Assembly: GCA_044358905.1 (NCBI GenBank)
Contig: JBIKND010000002.1
Location: 1 to 62,265 of the forward strand
Direction of reading: 5' to 3'
DNA length: 62,265 nt
Source: Pirellulales bacterium
Lineage (GTDB): Bacteria > Planctomycetota > Planctomycetia > Pirellulales > UBA1268
The position numbers and the translations under genes are program-made. The notes under the pieces were generated by a model. That model saw only the letters and a list, made by a program, of their open reading frames with translations, had not been told where the DNA came from and did no database searches. Below, one piece after another: positions 44,562-52,815 of this stretch (its first letter is position 1; each line of letters starts with the position of its first letter).

Positions 44562-44711
44562 GAGAAGCCCCGGGCGGAAGCCCGGGGACACCGGGTGAGA
44601 AGACCTTCCCGTGGTCCATGGGGGAAGGGTGTCGGCCCAAGCCCGGGTCGGGCTCGTGTCGGCTTGCAACCGGGGAGATGCGTCCCCCGGCTTCCGCCCG
44701 GGGGCTTCTTG
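44562..44711. repeat. GC-rich palindromic-unit pair, family 2, copy 1 (inverted units flanking about 75 nt)
   Basis: Left unit GAGAAGCCCCGGGCGGAAGCCCGGGGACACCGG (44562-44594). Right unit CCGGGGAGATGCGTCCCCCGGCTTCCGCCCGGGGGCTTCTTG (44670-44711). Each unit is itself a hairpin (CCCCGGGC-GGAA-GCCCGGGG), and the two units are mutually reverse-complementary. Confidence 0.8.
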
Positions 44712-44742
44712 TGCTGGGGGCTTCATCCAGCGGCGAGCCGAA

Positions 44743-45399
44743 TCACGGCAGCCGCTTCACGCGGATGTTGCGGTAGTGGACCTCGCTGCCGGGGTCGTGG
44801 GCCTGGATGGCGAAGGTGCCCGCGGAGAGTTTCCGCGTGCCCGTCACGCCCTCGGGCTCCACGAACTCGTAGAGCACGCGGCCATCGACCCGCACCGTCA
44901 CGGCCTTGCCCACCACCATCACTTCGAGCGTGAACCACGTGTCGTCCTCCGCCGGGGCGGTGAAGTTTTTGACCACGTTGTAGAGGCTGCCGGTGCGGAC
45001 CGGGTCGCCCTGGGAGTTGTTGACCTGCACCTCGTGGCCATGGGCCGGCCAGCCGTCGGGCTGCGGGCGGGTGTGGATGAAGAGACCGGAGTTCGCTCCC
45101 GGCCGCGTCATCACTTCCGCCTTGAAGTGAAAGTTCTTGAACTCGGCCGGCTTGGCGGTATCGGCGCCGACGTAGAACAGGTGGCTGCGGGGCCCCTTGC
45201 AGACGATCGCCCCGTCGACGACCCGCCAGCTGTCGGGGTTTTCGTTCGGCTTCCAGCCTGCCAGACTCTTACCATCGAAGAGCGGCTCGAAGCCGGCTTC
45301 GTCGGCTCCCGCGAATCCGCCTATGACCGCCATCAGGCATGCGCCGAGCGCGGCGACCGCGATCCCGCGAACCCAGCCCCATCGACCTGCGTATTCCAT
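44743..45399 (-). CDS. DUF1080 (3-keto-disaccharide hydrolase-like) domain protein, secreted
   Basis: ATG at 45399. Signal peptide (WVRGIAVAALGACLMAVIGGFAGA). DUF1080 pattern: FEPLFDGKSLAGWK...WRVVDGAIVC...NSGLFIHTRP...HEVQVNNS...FAIQAHDPGSEVHYRNIRVK. Confidence 0.8.
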   Translation of the reverse strand: MEYAGRWGWVRGIAVAALGACLMAVIGGFAGADEAGFEPLFDGKSLAGWKPNENPDSWRVVDGAIVCKGPRSHLFYVGADTAKPAEFKNFHFKAEVMTRPGANSGLFIHTRPQPDGWPAHGHEVQVNNSQGDPVRTGSLYNVVKNFTAPAEDDTWFTLEVMVVGKAVTVRVDGRVLYEFVEPEGVTGTRKLSAGTFAIQAHDPGSEVHYRNIRVKRLP

Positions 45400-45447
45400 G
45401 TTCGAACCCCCTGTCGCCCGGGGTCGGCCGCTGCCGCCGCGGGAATC

Positions 45448-48330
45448 GTGAAGGACACTGCGATTTCCAACTCTGCCGTCCAAGGCCTTGAGCATACGGG
45501 CGGGGCAGCGACCCTGTCACCCCGTCGGCCCGCCCCGGAGGCCGCCGGCCCGCCGGCCGCTCCGGTTCCGGTCTTGGCCGTGGACACCGACGTCGCCCTC
45601 GACGGCGGTCCGGCCCGCGAGCGGCTCGTGGTCACCAGCGACCGGCTCGCGGCCGAGGCCGACGGAGTCGTGCTCCGCGCCGTGGCCTGGCCGTCGGTCG
45701 CGGAAGTGCGCACGACCGCGGGTCTCGGGGGCGGCACGTTTCAGGTGAAGGCCGACGGCGCATGGCTCGATCTCGTCCGGTACTCGAACTCGCTGGCGAC
45801 GAGGTTCCACAAGGTCTCGCGGGCCCTCGAGCGGTCGCGGGAGGCGTTGGCGGCGGGGGAACCCTGCGATCCCGTCACGCTCGACGGCCCGCTCGATCCT
45901 CCCCGCTGCGGCTCCTGCAGCCTCCGGCTGGCCAACCAGGAGGATGCCTGCCCGCGGTGCATGCAGAAGGGGCAGATCCTGCGGCGCGTGGGGGAACTGC
46001 TCGCGCCCTACACGAAGGGCGCCATCCTGCTCTGCGGGCTGACGTTGCTGGGAGTCGTCGCGGAACTCGTGCCGCCGAAACTCCAGCAGTACATGGTGGA
46101 CGAAATCCTGTCAGCGCAGGCCCGCGACGGCCTGGCCGACGCCGGGTCGGCCGTGCCCGACTTCCGCACGGCCCTGCTCGTGGTCGTGCTGGCCCTGGCC
46201 TTCTCGCGGATCCTGCTCTCGGTCGTCGGCGTGCTCAAGGGCCGGCTGGCGACGGCGATCGGCACCGGCCTCACGGCGACGCTGCGCGACGAGATGGTGC
46301 GCAAGCTGCAGAGCCTGTCGGTCGCCTACTACGACCGGCACCAGGTCGGCTCGATGATCAGCCGCGTGGCCCACGACAGCGAGGTGCTGCACGGACTGAT
46401 GCACCAGATCACCGGCGGCTTCCTGCTCCAGATCGTGCAGCTCGTGGGCGTGGGGGCGATGCTCGTGTGGATCAACCCCAAGCTCGCACTCTACACGCTG
46501 ATCCCGGTGCCGCTGGTGATCCTCGGCTCGTGGATCTTCTGGCGGCACGTCTACCCACGGCACTACCGTCTCTGGGATGCCTCCAGCAAGCAGATGGCCA
46601 CGCTCTCCGGCATGCTCTCCGGGATCCGCGTCGTGAAGGCCTTCGCCCAGGAGCCGCGGGAGAGCGACCGCTTCCACGGGGCCAGCGACCACCTGCGGCG
46701 GTGGCGGGAGTGGGTCGAGCACACGAACACGACCTACGCCGCCTCGATGCAGATCGTGTTTGGTCTGGGCGGCCTGATCGTGTGGTACGTCGGCGGCCGC
46801 GACGTGATCGGCGGCAGCATGACGCTCGGCCAGCTGATCGCGTTCCTCGCCTACCTGGCGATGTTCTACGCGCCGCTCGGGGCGCTCTCGAACTTCACGA
46901 CCTGGCTGACGAGCTTCCTCTCCGGCAGCAAACGGGTGCTGGAACTGCTCGACACGCCGGCCCTGATCGCCGAGCCGGCGGTGCCCGAGCCGTGGAGCGA
47001 CGTCCGCGGCGAGATCCGCTTCGAGAACGTGACCTTCGGCTACGACCGCAACCAGCCGGTGCTGCACGACGTCTCGTTCACGGTCGCCCCGGGGGAGATG
47101 GTCGGGATCGTCGGCCGCTCGGGCTCCGGCAAGACCACGCTCGTGAGCCTGCTCGCCCGGTTCCACGACGTGCAGGAAGGCCGGATCCTCGTGGACGGCC
47201 ACGACATCCGCGACCTCGCGATGCGCGACCTGCGGGAGAAACTCGGGATCGTGTTCCAGGACTCGTTCCTCTTCCGGGGCACGATCTGGAAAAACCTCGC
47301 CTACGGCCGGCCGCAGGCGACGATCGAGGAGGGGCTGGCCGCGGCCAAGGCGGCCGGCGCCCACGACTTCCTCTGCCGCCAGCCGCTGGCCTACGAGACG
47401 CTCCTCGGCGAGCACGGCGCCGGTCTTTCCGGCGGCGAAAAGCAGCGGCTTTCGATCGCCCGCACGCTCCTCTACGACCCGCGGGTGCTCGTGCTCGACG
47501 AGGCCACGAGCAACATCGACGCCGAGGCTGAGAAGAGCATCCAGGAGGCCCTTGCCGTGCTCGTCCGCGGCCGGACGACGATCGCCATCGCCCACCGGCT
47601 CTCCACGCTCCGCAACGCCGACCGGATCCTCGCCTTCGACCGGGGTCGGCTCGTCGAGCAGGGCACGCACGCGGAGCTCCTGGCGGCCGACGGCATCTAC
47701 GCCCGACTCGTCCGTATCCAGACGCAGGTCTCGAAGCAGCCCACGGTGGACGCGCTGCTGGTCGAGGAGGCGACCGCACGCGAGCCCGCGCCCGCGGAGA
47801 CCGCCGCGCCGCCGGCCCCCGGGATCGTGTGGCTCGATCCGGCCGCGCACCGCTTCCGCATCGGACCGCAGGAGCGGATCGAACTCTGGGCGGCGGCGGG
47901 CACGGCGCCCGAGGCCGCGGGACTGTTCGTCGTGCGGACGTTTCCCGCCTCGCATCCCGAGGCCTATCTCTCCGTCCGTGGCTGGAGCGAGACGGGCGAG
48001 GAGATCGAGATCGGGATGCTCCGCGACCTCGGCGCCTGGCCGGAGGCAGACCGGGAGGTCGTCCGCACGGCGCTGCGCCGCCGGGCGCTCGTCCGGTCGA
48101 TCCGCCGCGTGCACGACGTCAAACTCGCCCACGGGTATCTCGACTTCGACGTCGAGAGCGACGTGGGGCGGCGGACGTTCACCGCACGATGGACCCAGAG
48201 CCAGGTCAGCGACTTCGGCGGCGACGGCAAGATGCTCATCGATACGGAGGAGAACCGCTGGGTCGTGCCGCGGGTGGACGACCTTCCGAAGGCCGACCGC
48301 GAGCGATTCCTGCAGTACGTCTACTGGTGA
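45448..48330 (+). CDS. ABC exporter (fused TMD-NBD, MsbA-like) with N-terminal PH-like domain plus CxxC..CxxC zinc ribbon and C-terminal DUF1854 domain
   Basis: Start is uncertain: GTG 45448, or alternatively TTG 45574 or GTG 45580. ORF sequence upstream of that overlaps the DUF1080 gene antisense. Six-TM exporter domain. Walker A GRSGSGKTT, signature LSGGEKQR, Walker B VLVLDEATS. C-terminal ...LIDTEENRWVVPRVDDLPKADRERFLQYVYW matches my memory of DUF1854. Confidence 0.85.
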   Translation: MKDTAISNSAVQGLEHTGGAATLSPRRPAPEAAGPPAAPVPVLAVDTDVALDGGPARERLVVTSDRLAAEADGVVLRAVAWPSVAEVRTTAGLGGGTFQVKADGAWLDLVRYSNSLATRFHKVSRALERSREALAAGEPCDPVTLDGPLDPPRCGSCSLRLANQEDACPRCMQKGQILRRVGELLAPYTKGAILLCGLTLLGVVAELVPPKLQQYMVDEILSAQARDGLADAGSAVPDFRTALLVVVLALAFSRILLSVVGVLKGRLATAIGTGLTATLRDEMVRKLQSLSVAYYDRHQVGSMISRVAHDSEVLHGLMHQITGGFLLQIVQLVGVGAMLVWINPKLALYTLIPVPLVILGSWIFWRHVYPRHYRLWDASSKQMATLSGMLSGIRVVKAFAQEPRESDRFHGASDHLRRWREWVEHTNTTYAASMQIVFGLGGLIVWYVGGRDVIGGSMTLGQLIAFLAYLAMFYAPLGALSNFTTWLTSFLSGSKRVLELLDTPALIAEPAVPEPWSDVRGEIRFENVTFGYDRNQPVLHDVSFTVAPGEMVGIVGRSGSGKTTLVSLLARFHDVQEGRILVDGHDIRDLAMRDLREKLGIVFQDSFLFRGTIWKNLAYGRPQATIEEGLAAAKAAGAHDFLCRQPLAYETLLGEHGAGLSGGEKQRLSIARTLLYDPRVLVLDEATSNIDAEAEKSIQEALAVLVRGRTTIAIAHRLSTLRNADRILAFDRGRLVEQGTHAELLAADGIYARLVRIQTQVSKQPTVDALLVEEATAREPAPAETAAPPAPGIVWLDPAAHRFRIGPQERIELWAAAGTAPEAAGLFVVRTFPASHPEAYLSVRGWSETGEEIEIGMLRDLGAWPEADREVVRTALRRRALVRSIRRVHDVKLAHGYLDFDVESDVGRRTFTARWTQSQVSDFGGDGKMLIDTEENRWVVPRVDDLPKADRERFLQYVYW

Positions 48331-48549
48331 GGTGCCGCGTCAGCCGCGGGAGGCGGTCGGGGCGACGGTTCCTTGCGGCGGCCACGGGTCGCCACTACAA
48401 CCTGTCCAAGGAAACCGGGTGTTTCGGCGCCCGGTCCAGGGCACAACCCTGTGACGCTCGTCAGGGAAGACGGGACAATACCGGTCCGCTGCGATCGACC
48501 ATGCGAGTTTCGGGTTTCTTGTTCCTTCCCTTTCTTCTGGAGACGAGTG

Positions 48550-49701
48550 ATGAATCTTGTTGACCTCATTGCCGGCCAGCTTTCGTCGGGCGACGTGCTC
48601 GGCAAGCTCGGCGGCCTCATCGGCGCCAACGAGTCGCAGACCAAGACGGCCACCAGCGCCGCGGTGCCGGCCCTGCTCAACGTGTTCTCGAAGCTGGCTT
48701 CGACGAACAGCGGTGCCGACCAGCTCGCCAAGGCGATGGGCGGCCTCGACCTCGGCATGCTCGGCAACCTCGCCGGCGCGCTTGGCGGCAGCCAGGCCTC
48801 GGGCCTCGGCAGCCTGGGCGGCAACCTCCTCGGCTCGCTGCTCGGCGGCGGTAGCGGTGGCAACAACCTTTCGAGCCTGGTGGGTGCGCTGGCGTCGTTC
48901 GCCGGCATGCAGCCGGGCATCATGAAGACGCTGCTCACCTACCTGGCGCCGATCGTGCTCGGCATGGTGGCCAAGCAGTTCACGGGCAAGCCGGACGCGG
49001 CCGGGATCTCGCGGTTGTTCTCCGAGCAGTCGTCGAACATCCGCGGCGCCATGCCGAAGGGCTTCTCGCTGCCCGATCTCGCGCTGGGTGCCGTCTCGGG
49101 CGGCGGCCGGCCGAGCGAGCCGGCCCGCAGCCACGGCCACGCGCACGCCGAGGAGAAGGCGGGCATGCCCGGCTGGCTCCTGCCGCTGCTCGTGCTCGGG
49201 GCGCTGGGCCTGGGCTATTACCTCTGGAACGAGAACCAGAAGAAGAAGGCCCAGGAAGGCGTCGTCGCCGTTCGCGAGGACGTCGCCAAGAATGGCCCGG
49301 TCGTGGTGGATCGCACCGAGGTCATCGAGAAGGCGGGCAAGAATCTGATCGACACCGTCACGGAGACGATCGCGATCGACCCGAAGTTCCTCGAGGCGGG
49401 CAAGGTGGCGGGCGGCCTGTTCACCGGCCTGACGAAGGCCCTCGGCGGGGTGACGGACGAGGCTTCGGCCAAGGCCGCCCTCCCGGAACTGGAGAAGTTC
49501 GCCCCGATGCTGACGACGCTCGAGGAGGAGACCGGCCGGCTGCCGGCCGACGAGAAGCCCGCGTTCGCCAAGGTGATCGCGGACAACCTCGGCCTGCTCG
49601 GCAAGCTCATCGAGAAGGTGATGGCGATCCCGGGCGTCCGGGACGTGCTCGGCCCGGTCGTGACGCCGATGGTCGAGACGCTCACCAAGATGAGCAAGTG
49701 A
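48550..49701 (+). CDS. DUF937-domain protein with central TM segment
   Basis: ATG at 48550. N-terminus MNLVDLIAGQLSSGDVLGKLGGLIGANESQTKTATSAAVPALLNVFSKLA is the DUF937 pattern. TM segment: MPGWLLPLLVLGALGLGYYLW. Confidence 0.75.
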   Translation: MNLVDLIAGQLSSGDVLGKLGGLIGANESQTKTATSAAVPALLNVFSKLASTNSGADQLAKAMGGLDLGMLGNLAGALGGSQASGLGSLGGNLLGSLLGGGSGGNNLSSLVGALASFAGMQPGIMKTLLTYLAPIVLGMVAKQFTGKPDAAGISRLFSEQSSNIRGAMPKGFSLPDLALGAVSGGGRPSEPARSHGHAHAEEKAGMPGWLLPLLVLGALGLGYYLWNENQKKKAQEGVVAVREDVAKNGPVVVDRTEVIEKAGKNLIDTVTETIAIDPKFLEAGKVAGGLFTGLTKALGGVTDEASAKAALPELEKFAPMLTTLEEETGRLPADEKPAFAKVIADNLGLLGKLIEKVMAIPGVRDVLGPVVTPMVETLTKMSK

Positions 49702-49727
49702 TCGTCGCCTGACGGCACGCGTTCAAT

Positions 49728-49768
49728 CCCGGCCCGGGGCGGCCCAGCCACCCCGGGCCGGTTCGTTT
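49728..49768 (+). terminator. Rho-independent terminator after the DUF937 gene
   Basis: Stem CCGGCCCGGGG (49729-49739) / CCCCGGGCCGG (49751-49761), followed by TTCGTTTG. Confidence 0.65.
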
Positions 49769-49844
49769 GCCCTGTAGCGGCGGTCTCTGACCGTCGTGGT
49801 CTGGCCGGCCCGTGGGGGCATGGGAGGCTCGGTGGCGTGCTTGC

Positions 49845-49955
49845 CCGGAGTCCCCGGGCTTCCGCCCGGGGCTTTTTGTGCTCGAGAGTGGCCTGCCACC
49901 GTTCGCTCCGGTCCCGGTTCCAAGAAGCCCCGGGCGGGAGCCCGGGGACTCCGGG
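49845..49955. repeat. GC-rich palindromic-unit pair, family 2, copy 2
   Basis: CCCGGAGTCCCCGGGCTTCCGCCCGGGGCTTTTTGTGCTCGAG (49845-49887) and CAAGAAGCCCCGGGCGGGAGCCCGGGGACTCCGGG (49921-49955). These are the same units as at 44562-44711 but in the opposite relative order. Confidence 0.8.
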
Positions 49956-49984
49956 TATGAATGCCTTTCCGTCGCAGCGTTGAC

Positions 49985-52591
49985 TCACAGCAGCGCGAGC
50001 GGGTTCCGCTTCTCTTCGAGCGTGCCGCGGGTCACGCCCACGCGGTTGGCGGCGTTGAGCGCCTTCCAGACGTCGCGGCCCGTCGTCCGACCGGCGAGCA
50101 GGCCGCGGTAGGCGGCCACGATCCGCCCGATCTCGGCGGCCGGCTCGTCGAGCAGTTCGAGCCGAAAGTGGCGGATGCCGCGGTCGAGCAGGGTCGGCAC
50201 CACCTCGGCGCCGCTCTGCGGCACGGCGCTCCAGAGCGTGTTGCGGCAGCCGACGTCGGCCGTGAGCGGGTGCTCGACGCCGATCCGGTCGCGGAGCTTG
50301 ACCGCGTGCTCGTCGCAGGGGCGGCCACAGTTGGTCTTGTTGGTGCCGGGGGAGAGCACGGCGCAGAACACGCAGTGCTCCATGTGGAACATCGGCATGT
50401 GCTGGTGGATCACGACCTCGAGCCAGTGCGGCGGTGTCGCCGCCGCGAGGGCCAGCAGTTGCTCGCGGTTGAGGTCGTAGGAAGCCGTCACCCGCGTGCA
50501 GCCGGCGGTCGTGAAGAACTCGGCGGAGTGCTCGTTGGTCACGTTGAGCGAGAAGTCGCCGACGACCGGCAGGCCGCGGTCGCGGAAGAACCGCAGCCCC
50601 GCCCAGTTGCGGACGAGGATCCCGTCGGGTTCCTGCTTGGCGAGCACGTGGAAGATGCCCAGTTCGTCGGGCTTTTGAATCCGCGGCGTGGCCAGGAGCA
50701 GCGTCGCGCCGCTGGCACGGCAGGTGGTCACGGCCTCGCGGTATTGGCGGATGTCGGCGAAGTCGGCCGTGAGGCGTCGCTCGCCGAGGTCCAGCACCGC
50801 CTGCAATTGGGCGAGCGAGCGGACGAGGAGGTGAAGCGTGGGGATGGCGGCCGGCAACGGGCTGGCCGCGGCGGCGCCGACGGGAAGCTCGGTGGACACA
50901 CGCGGGGTGGCGGGCGGTGCCGACTCGGGATCGGGCGCGGGGCGGTTCTCCGGGCCGAAGTCCCCCGGCTTCCGCCAGGGGCTTTTCGGCAAGGATGGCG
51001 ACGAGGCGGCGGCGTCGAGGGCGGCGACGAGGTCGTGGCGGAGCTTGCCCAGCACGCTGAAGGGCAGCATCGGCCGGCCCTGGATGTCGGCCGTGAGTGC
51101 GCGAAGCTCGAACGGCGTACCGCCGAGGCGACCGAGTTGGGCACGAAGCGTGTCGGCGTCGATCGCATGCTTCGTCGCCTCCTGGGCGGGCGATTCCGAT
51201 TCGGCCTCGATCCGTGTGCCCGTAGCCGTCACGGCCGACACTTTCACCGGAGCCCCCGGGGCCGCCGTCACGTGCATGTCCACCGGCTGCCGCCGCAGCA
51301 GTCCGTCGCCTGCGAACGTCTTCCGCAGCCGTGACGTGAGCTGCGGGTCGTCGGTCTTCCAGACGGCCTGGCCGGGCCTGATCGCGTCGAGGTCGAAGGT
51401 GTCGCGCCCGAAGGTGAGTTCCACCCGTCCCGCCGTCACGGGCTCGGTCACCGAGATGCCCGCCTGAAAAACCTCGTAGACGCGGCCGCCCACGGCGTCG
51501 TCGCTCGTCGCGCCCGCAGCGAAGGCGACGCCGTCGCCACGTTTCACTCCGCCGGCGAGCCCCGACGCGAGATCGACCGTCACGCGGCCGCGCCGCACCT
51601 CCACGACCGTCCCGAGTCGCACGCCGCGTTTCGCGCTCGTTTCGGCCGGCACGAGCATCTTGTGGTCGCAGCCCTGGAGCCAGCCCGGGGAAAAGCCACG
51701 GGAGAAGGAGAGTTCCATCTCCTCCACGTCGCGGGGCGCGAACTCGACCGGCCGGCCGGCGACGGCCGTGTCGATCGCCGTGCGATAGTGGCGGGTGATG
51801 TTGGCAACGTACTCCGGCGTCTTCAGTCGGCCCTCGATCTTGAACGACGACACGCCGGCCGCGATCAGTTCCGGCGTCAGGGCGTAGGCGGCCAGATCCT
51901 GGGGGGAGAGCAGGTATTTTTGCTTGCCGAGATCGACGTCCTTGCCGTCGCAGACGAGGTCGTAGGGCAGCCGGCAGGCCTGGGCACACTGGCCGCGGTT
52001 GGCGCTGCGGCCGCCGAGCGACTCGCTCGTCAGGCATTGCCCCGAGTAGGCCACGCACAGGGCGCCGTGCACGAACACCTCCAGGGGCATGGCCGTGAGC
52101 CGGCGGATCGCAAGGATCTCGTCGATCGACAACTCCCGGGCGACGACCACCCGATCCATGCCGAGTTCCTCGGCCAGCGCGATCGTCTCGGCGCTGGTGA
52201 GCGTCATCTGCGTCGAGGCGTGCAGCGATAGGGCGGGCACGATTTCCTTGAGCAGCCGGGCCGCGCCCACGTCCTGCACGAGCACGGCATCGACCCCCGC
52301 CTCGGCCACGGCCAGGGCCACCCGCTCGAACTCGGCCAGTTCGTCGCTGAAGACGAGCGTGTTGAGCGTGGCGTAGCCCTTGAGGCCGTGGCGGTGCAGC
52401 ATCGCCATCAGCCGCGGCAGCTCGGCGAGTGGAAAGTTGGCCGCCCGGGCCCGGGCGTTGAAGCCGGCGTCGAGGCCGAAGTAGACGGCGTCGGCGCCGT
52501 TGGCGATCGCCGCGCGGACGCAGTCCCAATCGCCCGCCGGGGCGAGCAACTCGGGCACGGTGGCAATCGAAGCATCAGTCATCGGTTTCAC
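49985..52591 (-). CDS. Peptidase U32 family protein (N-terminal U32 domain, DUF3656-like middle, second U32-like C-terminal domain)
   Basis: U32 signature EVFVHGALCVAYSGQCLTS with downstream Cys cluster (RGQCAQACR). The C-terminal half repeats the theme (HMPMFHMEHCVFCAVLSPGTNKTNCGRPC). Confidence 0.88.
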   Translation of the reverse strand: MKPMTDASIATVPELLAPAGDWDCVRAAIANGADAVYFGLDAGFNARARAANFPLAELPRLMAMLHRHGLKGYATLNTLVFSDELAEFERVALAVAEAGVDAVLVQDVGAARLLKEIVPALSLHASTQMTLTSAETIALAEELGMDRVVVARELSIDEILAIRRLTAMPLEVFVHGALCVAYSGQCLTSESLGGRSANRGQCAQACRLPYDLVCDGKDVDLGKQKYLLSPQDLAAYALTPELIAAGVSSFKIEGRLKTPEYVANITRHYRTAIDTAVAGRPVEFAPRDVEEMELSFSRGFSPGWLQGCDHKMLVPAETSAKRGVRLGTVVEVRRGRVTVDLASGLAGGVKRGDGVAFAAGATSDDAVGGRVYEVFQAGISVTEPVTAGRVELTFGRDTFDLDAIRPGQAVWKTDDPQLTSRLRKTFAGDGLLRRQPVDMHVTAAPGAPVKVSAVTATGTRIEAESESPAQEATKHAIDADTLRAQLGRLGGTPFELRALTADIQGRPMLPFSVLGKLRHDLVAALDAAASSPSLPKSPWRKPGDFGPENRPAPDPESAPPATPRVSTELPVGAAAASPLPAAIPTLHLLVRSLAQLQAVLDLGERRLTADFADIRQYREAVTTCRASGATLLLATPRIQKPDELGIFHVLAKQEPDGILVRNWAGLRFFRDRGLPVVGDFSLNVTNEHSAEFFTTAGCTRVTASYDLNREQLLALAAATPPHWLEVVIHQHMPMFHMEHCVFCAVLSPGTNKTNCGRPCDEHAVKLRDRIGVEHPLTADVGCRNTLWSAVPQSGAEVVPTLLDRGIRHFRLELLDEPAAEIGRIVAAYRGLLAGRTTGRDVWKALNAANRVGVTRGTLEEKRNPLALL
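50957..50989. repeat. Family-2 palindromic unit embedded in frame within the U32 CDS
   Basis: gaagtcccccggcttccgccaggggcttttcgg shares a 17-nt exact run (gtcccccggcttccgcc) plus flanks with the unit at 44681-44711. On the minus strand it encodes KSPWRKPGDFG in an inter-domain Pro-rich linker. Confidence 0.6.
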
Positions 52592-52637
52592 GAAGTATAG
52601 AACGCGTCACAGACACCGCTGCTTCACGATCGAGGAG

Positions 52638-52776
52638 GCTCGGGGCTGCCCGTGCCCAGGGAGCCGGCGTAGTTGACCAGCGGAGGCACGGATGCCGCAG
52701 CGCAGGCAACTCCGAGCGAGCGAAGGCCCGGACGGCCTTCGCGAGCGTCCGGCGAGCGGGCACGGGCAGCCCTGAG
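52638..52776. repeat. 19-nt inverted repeat pair (18/19) enclosing about 100 nt with internal hairpin, acs-U32 intergenic region
   Basis: ctcggggctgcccgtgccc (52638-52656) versus gggcacgggcagccctgag (52758-52776). The internal hairpin gcgaaggcc-cggac-ggccttcgc sits at about 52723-52745. Confidence 0.55.
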
Positions 52777-52815
52777 CCGGCCCCCACGAAAACTGCTCTC
52801 AAATCGCAGCGACCC

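Noticed and set aside
44611-45447. 5' third of the 1239-aa ORF 44611..48330
   Set aside because: It runs through intergenic repeat family 2 and antisense to the DUF1080 gene. The ABC protein most plausibly starts at GTG 45448 or shortly after.
49715-49770. tRNA-like T-arm sequence (cgttcaatccc) downstream of the DUF937 gene
   Set aside because: The context is an 11-bp GC hairpin followed by a T-rich tract, with no acceptor or anticodon arms. It is better explained as a rho-independent terminator.
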